From positions 4,064,001-4,128,000 of the forward strand of contig OZ253470.1 in NCBI GenBank assembly GCA_965261735.1: 64,000 nt of DNA, written 5' to 3'. This document shows, in pieces, positions 18,649 through 27,970 of the stretch; positions within the stretch are counted from its first letter, which is position 1; each line of letters begins with the position of its first letter. The notes under the pieces are model-generated. The model was given only the letters and a program-made list of their open reading frames with translations. It did no database searches and was not told where the DNA came from. Source of the stretch: Alphaproteobacteria bacterium (GTDB lineage: Bacteria > Pseudomonadota > Alphaproteobacteria > SHVV01). The translations under genes and the position numbers were made by a program.

Positions 18649-19443
18649 TGGCGCCAAGCAAGCGGTGAGCGGATCCGGCTATTTCATGGGCGAGTTCGCT
18701 GGACTGGAGATTACGATCAAGGACTCCAAGCGATTTGCCGATGAACCCGGCAATTGGGCCTATTTCAGCTTTGGTCACTCCTATCCGCTGGCCGACAGTG
18801 CCAAAGCGTTCCCGACCGGGGCATGTAACACCTGCCACGAGAATAGCGCTGCGGACGACTTCGTATTCACTCAGTACTATCCGGTTCTTCGAGCCGCCAA
18901 GGCACCGCGGAGTGGTCGCGTCATGACCAGTGAATCCGAGGATTTTTAGGAGATCGAGACGGCGATGAGGAGCGCGACCGGTAACGCATTCAAGGCGACC
19001 GCCGACACACCGAGCATCGACAGTGTGGTGCCAACCGATCAACCGGAGCTGTTCAGGTATTTGCGGGAAGGATCCTACAAGAACTTCGCAGCCAAGGAAT
19101 CGGCGCTGCACGCCTCGGCCGGGCCGCACACGAAGGTCGGCCTGCCGGTTCGGGTTTTCCTGGACCCCAAGATGGCTGAGTCGCTCCGGGCGGGCAACGA
19201 CTCCCACCCGGCCGGCACGGGCATCGTCAAGGAGTGTACGATGCTGATGGAAAGCTGCAAGGCTGGGCGGTATCGGTGAAGACCGGCACCGACAGCAACG
19301 GCGGCAAGGGCTGGTTCTGGTACGAGGTGACCAGCACGACCGATGGGTCCAAGCCGGTGGCCACCGGGAACGGGGTGCCGCTCTGTCTCGGATGTCACGC
19401 AGCCGGAAACGACTTCGTGCTGAGCAAGTTCCCGCTCAGATAG
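18649..19443 (+). pseudogene. Two-domain cytochrome P460-family pseudogene
   Basis: GYFMGEF..GNWAYFSF..CNTCH and KE(M)Y..GWFWY..CLGCH; 5' end missing, in-frame TAG at 18947-18949, frameshift near 19234. Confidence 0.8.
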
Positions 19444-19565
19444 CCGGTCCTCGCGCGAGAGATCCGCGCTAAAGAATCTACGGACCACCGCCGCTGGGCC
19501 CGGCGTTGACACGTTAGCCGGCGCGGTGGGCCGCACGTCCCAGGTCCGGCCCGGGAGCCAGATCA

Positions 19566-19597
19566 CAGGGGGTTGCGCCGAACGGTGCGACCCCCTG
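19566..19597. terminator. Hairpin between convergent genes
   Basis: CAGGGGGTTGCGCCG-AA-CGGTGCGACCCCCTG long stem with two G-U pairs. Confidence 0.55.
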
Positions 19598-19641
19598 ATT
19601 ATTGCCGCGCCGGTGAGCCGCTGCCACCTACATGAATCAGC

Positions 19642-20706
19642 TTAGAGCAGCTGATGGTGCGACCCCTTCGATACCGGTGCCATGTCGGTGATGATTTCCG
19701 ACCAATGTTGGCCGCCATCCTCGCTGGCCCACACCTCACCGGTGTTCGTCGCGGCGAAGAGCGAAAACGAATCACCCCAATCCTCTAGCGTCAACGCCTG
19801 GATGGACGTCTTGAGCCGGTTCGGAAGTCCATCGCGCAGGGTCGTCCAGGTCCGCCCCCCATCGACGGTCTTCGAGATGCGCGATCCAGCCGTTCCGAGC
19901 TCGTGCCAGGAGCCCGGGCCGGTCGCTGCCGCAGCGACGAAAACATTCTCGGTATGGCGCGGGTGAATGACCAGGCAATCGGGGTAGCCGCCGATCTCGT
20001 GATCCGACGTGGTGCGATGCTCCCATGTCGTGCCCCCGTCTTGCGTGACATAAGCGCCGACACCGCTGGTCAGATAAATCTGGTCCGGGTTCGAGGGATC
20101 AAGGGCCGTGCGGTGCACGTCATCGTCCATGCCCCGAATCACCGTGAATGTCTCGCCGCCATCCTCACTCTTCAACAATCCGCCCTGTTCGATCGCGACG
20201 AACAGCGTGTTGGGGTCGTTGGGGTGGAAGCTGATATGCTTCGTGTGGGCGCGGTGGGGCGGCCCAGGGAAGGTCCACGCCGACATGTCGACCGAGCGCA
20301 GCGCCGCGAGCTCCGACCAGGTGCGTCCCACGTCGTCGCTGTAGAACAAGTGAGCCGGCTCGGTGCCGGCGTAGATTCGTGCGCCGCCGTTGCGCCGTGC
20401 CGACGCAAGGCAGTAGATGTCGGGCTCCGTGAGACCATCGTCGCGGCGCTCCCAACTGCGCCCGCCGTCCGCACTGGCGTAGACGGAGTCCCCATTCGCA
20501 CCGGCGAATATCACGCCGCTCACGGGCTCCATGATCAGCGCGTGGACGTGCTTGTCGGTCAACCAGCGGTCGGCGATTCGCCACCCCGCGCCGCCCGCAT
20601 CGCGCTTGATACAAACCACGCCCTCGATCGTGCCCACAAGAACCTCGTCAGCCGGTGCAGCGGACGTGAAGACCGTGTCTCCGCCATGGGAAAGCGCTAT
20701 CGCCAT
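19642..20706 (-). CDS. BNR/Asp-box beta-propeller protein
   Basis: Repeated S.DGG.TW motifs; YAGTEPAHLF. Confidence 0.88.
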   Translation of the reverse strand: MAIALSHGGDTVFTSAAPADEVLVGTIEGVVCIKRDAGGAGWRIADRWLTDKHVHALIMEPVSGVIFAGANGDSVYASADGGRSWERRDDGLTEPDIYCLASARRNGGARIYAGTEPAHLFYSDDVGRTWSELAALRSVDMSAWTFPGPPHRAHTKHISFHPNDPNTLFVAIEQGGLLKSEDGGETFTVIRGMDDDVHRTALDPSNPDQIYLTSGVGAYVTQDGGTTWEHRTTSDHEIGGYPDCLVIHPRHTENVFVAAAATGPGSWHELGTAGSRISKTVDGGRTWTTLRDGLPNRLKTSIQALTLEDWGDSFSLFAATNTGEVWASEDGGQHWSEIITDMAPVSKGSHHQLL

Positions 20707-20930
20707 CGGACTCCCTTTCCATATCCGTTGGAGACCATCTTGAACGAGTGTCGGCACGAGACATAGGCAATTTCAATGACGACGCGATCGAGAGCCCGCG
20801 GACGGAGCGATCAGGCCCGAGGCCTGCCTACGCTGCTCGCGGCCGGTTCGACGACGGGCGTGGCCGCAGGCACGGGCCTTGACGCGGCCTTGACCTTGAA
20901 TTCCGTTCACACCTGCCGCACGCTCGGAGA

Positions 20931-21272
20931 ATGCCAAAGCGCAAGATCACGCTGCCGCCGTTTGCCGCGTTGCGAGCGTTTCATGCTGCGGCCACGCATG
21001 ATCGAATATCGCGATGCCGCTGAGAGCCTCGGCTTGACGGAATCGGCGATCAGTCACCAGGTGCGGCGGCTCGAGGAATTCCTCGGTACGGCATTGATCG
21101 ACCGCGCGGGCAAGCGCCCCAGACTGACCGATACCGGCCGCCGCTACCTCGAGCAGATCGAACCCGCGATACACCAGACCCAAAGGGCAACCGAAGCCCT
21201 ACTGCCGGCGGGCGGCCGCAGCATCGTACGCCTCACGCTGCCGCCCTCGCTCGCCGCCACATGGCTGATCCG
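20931..21272 (+). pseudogene. LysR (GcvA-like) regulator, 5' fragment with a frameshift
   Basis: MPKRKITLPPFAALRAFHAAA, then a +1 shift near 21005 into AAESLGLTESAISHQVRRLEEFLG; truncated after LAATWLI. Confidence 0.8.
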
Positions 21273-21475
21273 ACACGCCCTATCAGGCCAACCGTACGCT
21301 TGGGGTTTTGTCCAAGATGTTCAATCTGGCGGAGCTGTGGGATCTCCGCCCCGACGGCTCGAACCCGTGCCGGCATGTGAAGCGATTCCGAGAGGAGAAG
21401 CGCGAGCGGTTTCTATCGGATGTCGAGTATCAACGTCTGGGCGCAGCCCTGAAAGATATCGAGGTGGACGGTTCG
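21271..21475 (+). pseudogene. Tyrosine integrase internal fragment
   Basis: TPYQANRTLGVLSKMFNLAELWDLRPDGSNPCRHVKRFREEKRERFLS. Confidence 0.82.
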
Positions 21476-21494
21476 CTGCGGTTGCGGCTCGGCA

Positions 21495-22691
21495 TCACGC
21501 CCGCGGCGCGCGTATTCCCGGAGTCAGCAGTAGAGCCAGGATTGCCATCCCAAGCAGAAGCTGCAGCATCGGCTGGTAGTTGCCGTAGCTATCGAACACG
21601 ACGCCGCCGGCATAAGCGCCCAGTCCGCCGAAGCCGTTGTGAACCATGGTGATGATGCCGTTGATGGTGCCCAGATGGGCGGTCCCGAAATGCTCGCGCG
21701 TATACACCGCCGAAAGCGGCGCGGTCATCCAAAACGTCAGGCCGTAGAGCAGCGCGAATGCGGCAATCGCGATCGGTTCATTGCTGACAACGACCATCGC
21801 GAAGATCGCGCTTCGCAGGGCAAAGCAAATTGCGGTCGGCATGATCGGGCCGAGCCGATCCGACAGATAGCCCGAACCGACCACCCCCGCCACCCCGAAC
21901 AGCCCCATGAACGCGAACAAATTACGCGCGAGCAGCGAACCGACGCCGTGGTCGCGCACGAACTCGACGACATGCAGGGCCACGAAGTGATCCTGGAACC
22001 CGCAAATTCCGTAGATCGCAACCAGCAGCCAAAACGGTCGCGAGCGCACGATCGAGCGCAACGGCAAGGCATCGGTCGCTGTCAATTGGCCGGTGACCGT
22101 GCTGCGTTGAGCAGCGCCGTGATCGCGCGGCGCCACGGCGAAGAACGTCATCGGCAGGACCAGGATCGCGCCGGCAATGCCGAGCGCTACGAAAGAGCCG
22201 CGCCAACCCCAGTCTTCGATCCGTGCCGTCAGGGCGAGAACGATGAGCAATTGACCAATTCCCGATCCCGATACCGCGACGCCGTTGGCCAAGCCCATGC
22301 GATCGGGAAACGAGCGGCTGATCATGACGCCGATTGCCGGGACCGAGGTGCAGGCGGTTGCGGCGCCGAACCCAACCCCGTACAGCACCACCGCCTGGAG
22401 GGGCGTTTCGATGAGGCCCATCATGCCAACGCTCAGGCAAGCGACAAGCGTCGAAACGGCCAGCATCAGGCGGGCGTCGTACCGGTCGACGAGGCGACCC
22501 GCGAACGGGAGCGCCAGAGACGACACCACAAGGAACACGAGCGTGATGAAGGAGAGCGTCCCGCGGCCCCATTGGAGGTCATCGGTCATCGGACCGAGCG
22601 TCAGACCCATCACGAATCGTGTGCCGCCGTTGAACAGCAACAGCACGAAGCCGGCGGCAAGCACGAACAGGGCGACGTCGAATCGCTTCAC
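21495..22691 (-). CDS. MFS transporter (OFA/MCT-like)
   Basis: About 12 TM segments; GRLVDRYDAR and GYLSDRLG loop motifs; likely GTG start at 22691. Confidence 0.9.
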   Translation of the reverse strand: MKRFDVALFVLAAGFVLLLFNGGTRFVMGLTLGPMTDDLQWGRGTLSFITLVFLVVSSLALPFAGRLVDRYDARLMLAVSTLVACLSVGMMGLIETPLQAVVLYGVGFGAATACTSVPAIGVMISRSFPDRMGLANGVAVSGSGIGQLLIVLALTARIEDWGWRGSFVALGIAGAILVLPMTFFAVAPRDHGAAQRSTVTGQLTATDALPLRSIVRSRPFWLLVAIYGICGFQDHFVALHVVEFVRDHGVGSLLARNLFAFMGLFGVAGVVGSGYLSDRLGPIMPTAICFALRSAIFAMVVVSNEPIAIAAFALLYGLTFWMTAPLSAVYTREHFGTAHLGTINGIITMVHNGFGGLGAYAGGVVFDSYGNYQPMLQLLLGMAILALLLTPGIRAPRA

Positions 22692-22855
22692 TTCGGTCCG
22701 ATAATGATCGTTGGATAGCGCAAGGCGGGCGGAGGTATTGTGAGACGTCACGCACGCCACGGCAACGCTCGACTCGAGCGGGCAGCCGGCGCGCGACAAA
22801 CCGCATCGCCGCGAACATGCGAGCTCGGTATTGCCGCCCGCGACGCACGCCCCGC

Positions 22856-22884
22856 TGGTTCATCCCCGCGCGTGCGGGGAACGC
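22856..22884 (-). CRISPR. Solitary type I-E CRISPR repeat (no array, no cas genes in the window)
   Basis: Minus strand GCGTTCCCCGCACGCGCGGGGATGAACCA: 29 nt, 7-bp stem TCCCCGC/GCGGGGA, 4-nt loop. Confidence 0.75.
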
Positions 22885-23204
22885 GGCGTCGATCAGGACG
22901 GCGAGACGAGGCGCACCGTGCTGAGGGGATGGAAGCTCAGAAATCACGCCCTGGCGCTGTGGTTCATCTGGTGGGAGTCATGTATCGGCACACGAAGCGA
23001 CTCTCCCTTCGCATGGTCCCGGAAGCAGGTTGTGGATGTCCGCTATCCGGCAGCCTTTCAACAGTGACAGGCCAAGCGGCCGGCAATCCGGTCGACCGCC
23101 GGAACGACAATCCGCCCCAGAACTGTGCTCAGGCGTCTAACTCACTCGCCGTTTTACACCTGCCCTTGGACGGCGACGCCCATGCCGCTATTCCGCAGCC
23201 TCCG

Positions 23205-23392
23205 GCAGACGTCGACACCGCGCTCGAACATAAGATCTTCGACCTGTCGCAGCGGCAACGGGTAGCGGACATACATCATCACCGCGAGGCGGATGACCTC
23301 TGGCGAACTGTTGAAATAGCGGAAGGGATTTCGCATCTGGCAAAACTATGGATGCCCCATCTGCACATCAATCCATTTTTTCTGACAACACC
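23205..23392 (-). mobile_element. IS6-family left-end fragment
   Basis: MRNPFRYFNSSPEVIRLAVMMYVRYPLPLRQVEDLMFERGVDVC, then truncated; putative IR GGTGTTGTCAGAAAAA ending at 23392. Confidence 0.8.
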
Positions 23393-23524
23393 CTGCTGGT
23401 TGCTGCACGCGCCGTATCGCCCCCCAGCCGGCGCTTGCCGGCCTCCAGGAACTCTTTGGACCAGCTGCAATAAAGGATCTCTGACGGGGGACAGTCGGAA
23501 AAGGGGATTGGCGACAACCGCGTT

Positions 23525-24084
23525 CCTGCTTATCCGTGACACTCCGCCTTAGGACGCGTATGTTCTCAATATGTTCCGCACGCGGAGGTCACGGCTATAT
23601 GGGGTTCAAGGTTGCATCGCGCGTGCGTGGTTTGACCGACGAAGTGTTTCGCGAGGCCTTCGGCACCGAGGAGCAGTGCCGCGCGGCGCTGGTCCGGCTG
23701 CGCTGGCCGGACGGGTTTGTCTGCCCCTCCTGCGACCATCGCGGGCATTGTCTGCTGGCCGGCCGGGGTCTCTATCAATGCAACCGCTGCAAGACGCAGA
23801 CATCGCCCACAGCGGGCACGATCTGCCACGCGACCAAGCTGTCGCTGAAGATCTGGTTCGCAGCCATCCATCTGGTCGTGACGTCGAAGAACGGCATCTC
23901 GTCGGTGGAACTCGGCCGCCGTCTCGGGGTCAAACAGCCGACGGCCTGGACTGTGAAGCACAAGATCATGGCGGTGATGGCCCGGCGCGAGGAGGAGACG
24001 CCGCTCTCGGGGTGGGTGGAGATGGACGACGCCTATCTCGGCGGGGTGCGCTCCGGCGGCAAGCGGGGCCGTGGCGCGGCGGGC
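23525..24084 (+). mobile_element. IS1595-family element, 3'-truncated (transposase ATG at 23599)
   Basis: Zn ribbon RWPDGFVCPSC..YQCNRC, KNGISSVEL and VEMDDAYLGG; ends after KRGRGAAG; putative left IR CCTGCTTATCCGTGACACTCCGCC. Confidence 0.85.
23562..23576 (+). promoter_or_regulatory. Alphaproteobacterial LexA (SOS) box
   Basis: GTTC-TCAATAT-GTTC, an exact GTTC-N7-GTTC match, 22 nt upstream of the transposase ATG. Confidence 0.7.
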
Positions 24085-24219
24085 GTCACTTTCGTATATA
24101 AGCCCCATTAGAAACAAGGGCCAGCCCAGCGCCCGGATGCCGAGGTTGACAGGGCGGGGGTCGGGCCCCGAGACTCCGGCCGCGTTGGGTACACGCCAAT
24201 CTCCGCTCTCGGGGGCGCT

Positions 24220-25221
24220 ATGCGATATCGGCGGCTTGGCCGCAGTGGGCTTCGGGTTTCGGAGCTCTGTCTCGGCACCATGACGCTCGGCGGCATGGTG
24301 GGCGAGAAGGAAAGCCTGCGCCAGCTCGATCGCGCCTTCGACGGCGGCATCAACTTTTTCGACACGGCCGAGCAATACGCGTCCCCGCCGACCGCCAAGT
24401 CCTATGGCCGATCGGAAAAAATCATCGGCAAGTGGCTCGCCACCAAGCCACGCGATGCGGTCGTCGTCGCCACCAAGATCACGGGCCCGAGCGTCGCCGG
24501 CGGCCACGCAATGCCGCACATCCGCCACGGCCAGACGGCTTTCGACCTGCACCACCTGACGGCCGCGGTCGAGGGCTCACTCAAGCGGCTCGGCACCGAC
24601 ACCATCGATCTTTTCCAGACCCACTGGCCCGATCGCGAAATCCCTTTCACTGATCAGTTGGAGGCGATGGAGCGGCTGATCGAGGCGGGCAAGGTGCGCT
24701 ACTATGGCGTCAGCCACGAAACCCCCTGGGGGCTGACCCGGCTGGCCGCGCTGGCTGAGAGCCATGGCTTGCCCCGCGTCGTCAGCGCGCAAAACCTGTA
24801 CAATCTGCTGGAGCGCCAGTTCGAGGGCGGCATGGCGGAGGTTTGCGAGCGCGAGAACATCGGGGGCATGGCTTTCTCCGTGCTGGCGATGGGTGTCCTT
24901 ACCGGGAAATACTCGGGTGGCGCCCTGCCCAAGGGCTCCCGGCTCGAGCAGCACGGCGTGTACCGCGACTGGGGCTACACGGCGCCGCGCATGCTAGCCG
25001 CGGCCGATCGCTACGCGGACGTGGCCAAGTCGGTGGGGCTCGCGCCCGCGAGCCTCGCGATCGCGTGGATTCTGAGCCGCCCGTTCGTAACCGCCGCGCT
25101 GTCGAGCTGCACGCGCATGGAGCAGCTCGATGCGCTGCTCACGGTTCCCGACGCCGCGCTGGACGAAGACACCCTAGCCCGAATCGGCGCCATTCACGCC
25201 GAGACGGGCAGTTTCGGCTAG
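24220..25221 (+). CDS. Aldo/keto reductase (Tas-like)
   Basis: LGRSGLRVSELCLGTMT, FFDTAEQY, ATK, HWPDR, QNLYNLL. Confidence 0.94.
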   Translation: MRYRRLGRSGLRVSELCLGTMTLGGMVGEKESLRQLDRAFDGGINFFDTAEQYASPPTAKSYGRSEKIIGKWLATKPRDAVVVATKITGPSVAGGHAMPHIRHGQTAFDLHHLTAAVEGSLKRLGTDTIDLFQTHWPDREIPFTDQLEAMERLIEAGKVRYYGVSHETPWGLTRLAALAESHGLPRVVSAQNLYNLLERQFEGGMAEVCERENIGGMAFSVLAMGVLTGKYSGGALPKGSRLEQHGVYRDWGYTAPRMLAAADRYADVAKSVGLAPASLAIAWILSRPFVTAALSSCTRMEQLDALLTVPDAALDEDTLARIGAIHAETGSFG

Positions 25222-25268
25222 CCGCCGAGGGGCGACAATCGGCTTCGCCCACAGCGAGGAGTGCCGCG

Positions 25269-26513
25269 ATGGTCGAGTGGAATGAACTGAGCTGGCCCGC
25301 GCCCGACTTCAGCCGCGTGCCTTACGCGGTGTTCGGCGATCAGGACATTTTCGAGCGCGAGCAGGAGCGAATTTTTCGTGGCCCGGTGTGGTGCTACCTC
25401 GCGCTCGAAGCCGAGGTACCTCGGCCGGGCGACTTCAAGTCCGTCTTTGTCGGCGACCGCTCGGTCGTGGTCAACCGCGACGCGGACGGTAGCTTGCACG
25501 CCTTCCTCAACCGCTGCGCGCATCGCGGCTCGACGGTGGTGCGCGAGCTTCAGGGCAACCGCCAAAGCCACACCTGCATCTACCACCACTGGTGCTACGA
25601 CCTCGCCGGCAATCTCATCGGCGTGCCCTTCCAGCGCGGCATCGACGGCAAGGGCGGCATGCCGGCAAGCTTCGAGCGCGCGGCGCACGGCCTCAAGACG
25701 CTCAGGGTCGGGAGTTATCGCGGCGTGATCTTTGGCTCTTTCGACCCCAATATCGAGCCCCTCGAGGATTTCCTCGGGGCCTCCATGCGCGCCTTCCTCG
25801 ACACCCTGTTCGCGCGGCCCATCGAGATCCTCGGCTATCTGCGCCAGCGCATGCCGTCGAACTGGAAGCTCTATTTCGAGAACCTGACCGATCCCTATCA
25901 CGCCGGCCTGCTACATCAATTCCAGGCGACCTTTGGCCTGTTCAGGCAAACGCAGGCCGGCGGCACGGTCATGGACCAACACCGGCGCCATCAGATCCAG
26001 TATGCCTTCTACGATAGCGACGACCCCGACCACGCGGAGGCCGAGTACGAGGGCACCGGCGTCTTCGATCGCACCCTGAGCCTCAAGGACCCCACGATCG
26101 TCGAGTTCCGCGACGAGGAGGGCCAAGGGCGGGCCATCGACATGATGTCGGTGTTTCCGAGCGTCCTGTTCCAGCGCCTGTCCAACACCCTGGCGACGCG
26201 GCAAGTCCGGCCGCGCAATCCGGACGAATTCGATCTCTACTGGACCTACTTCGGTTACGCGGATGACGATCCCGAGCTCCGGCGCATGCGGAACCGCCAG
26301 GTCAACCTGGTCGGGCCGGGCGGCCTCATCTCCATGGAGGACGGCGAATCGGGGGTGGGGATTCAGCGCGCCATCCGACGCGAGCGCAACGATCACTCGG
26401 TGATCGAGATGGGCGGCATCGGCGCCGTCGAGGAACAGGACCATCTCGTGACGGAGGTTCCGGTGCGCGGCTTTTGGCGCAACTACCACCTGTTGATGAA
26501 CGGCGACGGCTGA
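25269..26513 (+). CDS. Rieske oxygenase alpha subunit, paralog of 11141-12400
   Basis: NRCAHRG..CIYH; DPYHAGLLH; NLVGPGGLISMEDGE. Confidence 0.93.
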   Translation: MVEWNELSWPAPDFSRVPYAVFGDQDIFEREQERIFRGPVWCYLALEAEVPRPGDFKSVFVGDRSVVVNRDADGSLHAFLNRCAHRGSTVVRELQGNRQSHTCIYHHWCYDLAGNLIGVPFQRGIDGKGGMPASFERAAHGLKTLRVGSYRGVIFGSFDPNIEPLEDFLGASMRAFLDTLFARPIEILGYLRQRMPSNWKLYFENLTDPYHAGLLHQFQATFGLFRQTQAGGTVMDQHRRHQIQYAFYDSDDPDHAEAEYEGTGVFDRTLSLKDPTIVEFRDEEGQGRAIDMMSVFPSVLFQRLSNTLATRQVRPRNPDEFDLYWTYFGYADDDPELRRMRNRQVNLVGPGGLISMEDGESGVGIQRAIRRERNDHSVIEMGGIGAVEEQDHLVTEVPVRGFWRNYHLLMNGDG

Positions 26514-26640
26514 GTAGCCGCGGGGGCCCGCGTTCCGCGGCCGGTGGGGCGATGGGAACGGCGTTGCGACGTGCTAGGATGGCGTCCCGCAGCCAGCGGC
26601 CCGATTTGACTTCGATCTCATCAGACCAAGGAGGATACCG

Positions 26641-27042
26641 ATGGCAAAGATCGTGATTAATCCGACAACCCTGGCCGAACCCGTCGGCCATTTCGACCGC
26701 GGGGTCAAGATCGGAGACTACCTCCATATTTCGGGAACCTCCGCGCTGACCAACGTGTCCGGCGCGATGGCCGATCGCAAGCTCGCGCCGACCATCGAGG
26801 AGCAAACGCGCCTCACCTTCGAAAACATCAAGAAGGTGTGCGAGGCGGCCGGCTGTTCGCTCGACGATGTCTTCGAGATTCGCTTCTTCATCAAGCGGCG
26901 CGAGGACTTCGGGGTCGTCGATGCCATGGCCCGCGAGTACCTCCCCAAGCGGGGATTCATAGCGCATGGCTATCAGGGGGAGCTGCTACACCCCGACATG
27001 CTGATCGAGATCGAAGCCAAGGCCTACGTTCCCTCGTCGTGA
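26641..27042 (+). CDS. Single-domain Rid family protein
   Basis: GDYLHISGTSA, IEEQTR, LIEIEAKAY; AAGGAGG RBS. Confidence 0.88.
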   Translation: MAKIVINPTTLAEPVGHFDRGVKIGDYLHISGTSALTNVSGAMADRKLAPTIEEQTRLTFENIKKVCEAAGCSLDDVFEIRFFIKRREDFGVVDAMAREYLPKRGFIAHGYQGELLHPDMLIEIEAKAYVPSS

Positions 27043-27117
27043 TGACACACCGCGACCGCACGGGTGCCGGCGCCTCGGCGCGGCACCCCGCCGCGGCGCC
27101 AACGAGGATATATTCCC

Positions 27118-27969
27118 ATGCGTCTCGCCACACTCGTTGCGCCTGACCGCAAAGCGTACCTCGTCCGCCTGAGGAAGGGCATCGCCACACCCATCGGCCG
27201 CGCGTTCGAGCGCCCCGGCGTCGATCCGCTGCGCGAGCTCCTGGTGAGCGGGCGCAATCCTGCTCGGGTACGGCCGGTCGCGGAGGCGTTTCCAGCCGCG
27301 CGGGCGCGCTACCACGCGCCAGTGACCGCACCCTCGAAAGTCATCGCCATCGGCCTCAACTACAAGAAGCACCAGGAGGAATCCGGCCTGCCGGTGCCCA
27401 AGGCGCCGCAATCCTTCTGCAAGTACACCACCGCGCTGATCGGCCACAACCGGCCCATCATCTATCGGCGACGGGATTCGAGGCGCGTCGACTACGAGGT
27501 CGAGCTCGCCTTCGTCATCGGGCGGCGCGCGCGCGACGTGAAGCAGGCAAAGGCGCTCGACTACGTCTACGGCTACACCGTGTGCAACGACGTGTCGGCG
27601 CGCGACCACCAGTTTGCCGAAGGCCAAGTCGGCCGCGCCAAGAGCTTCGATACCTTCTGCCCACTCGGGCCCACCATCGTCACCCGCGATGAGATACCCG
27701 ATCCTCAGGCGCTGGGTATTCGCTGCCGCGTCAATGGCAAGACCATGCAGGAGGAGAACACCGCCGACATGATCTATTCGTGCGCGGACATCATCGCCTA
27801 CCTATCGCGATTCTTGACGCTCGAGCCCGGCGATGTGATCTCGACGGGAACTCCCTCGGGCGTTGGATTCGCGCGCGAGCCGCCTGTCTTTCTCCTTGAC
27901 GGCGCGGTCGTGGAGGTCGAGGTCGACGGTGTCGGCACCCTGCGCAACCCGGTGAAGGTGGTCAAATAG
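27118..27969 (+). CDS. Fumarylacetoacetate hydrolase family protein
   Basis: IGLNY, DYEVEL, NDVSARD, KSFDTFCPLGP, TGTPSGVG. Confidence 0.94.
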   Translation: MRLATLVAPDRKAYLVRLRKGIATPIGRAFERPGVDPLRELLVSGRNPARVRPVAEAFPAARARYHAPVTAPSKVIAIGLNYKKHQEESGLPVPKAPQSFCKYTTALIGHNRPIIYRRRDSRRVDYEVELAFVIGRRARDVKQAKALDYVYGYTVCNDVSARDHQFAEGQVGRAKSFDTFCPLGPTIVTRDEIPDPQALGIRCRVNGKTMQEENTADMIYSCADIIAYLSRFLTLEPGDVISTGTPSGVGFAREPPVFLLDGAVVEVEVDGVGTLRNPVKVVK

Positions 27970-27970
27970 G

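Noticed and set aside
20776-21579. 267-aa ORF as an intact LysR regulator
   Set aside because: It is a chimera of intergenic DNA, a frameshifted LysR 5' piece and out-of-frame integrase sequence
22790-22950. Full CRISPR array
   Set aside because: Only one convincing repeat; the positions one period away do not match
22925-22975. KLRNHALALWFIWW, resembling an IS1-family transposase C-terminus
   Set aside because: Too short and degenerate to support a call
26553-26567. Sigma-54-like TGGGAAC-N4-TTGC upstream of the Rid gene
   Set aside because: Poor match to TGGCAC; an extended -10 (TGCTAGGAT) is an equally good explanation
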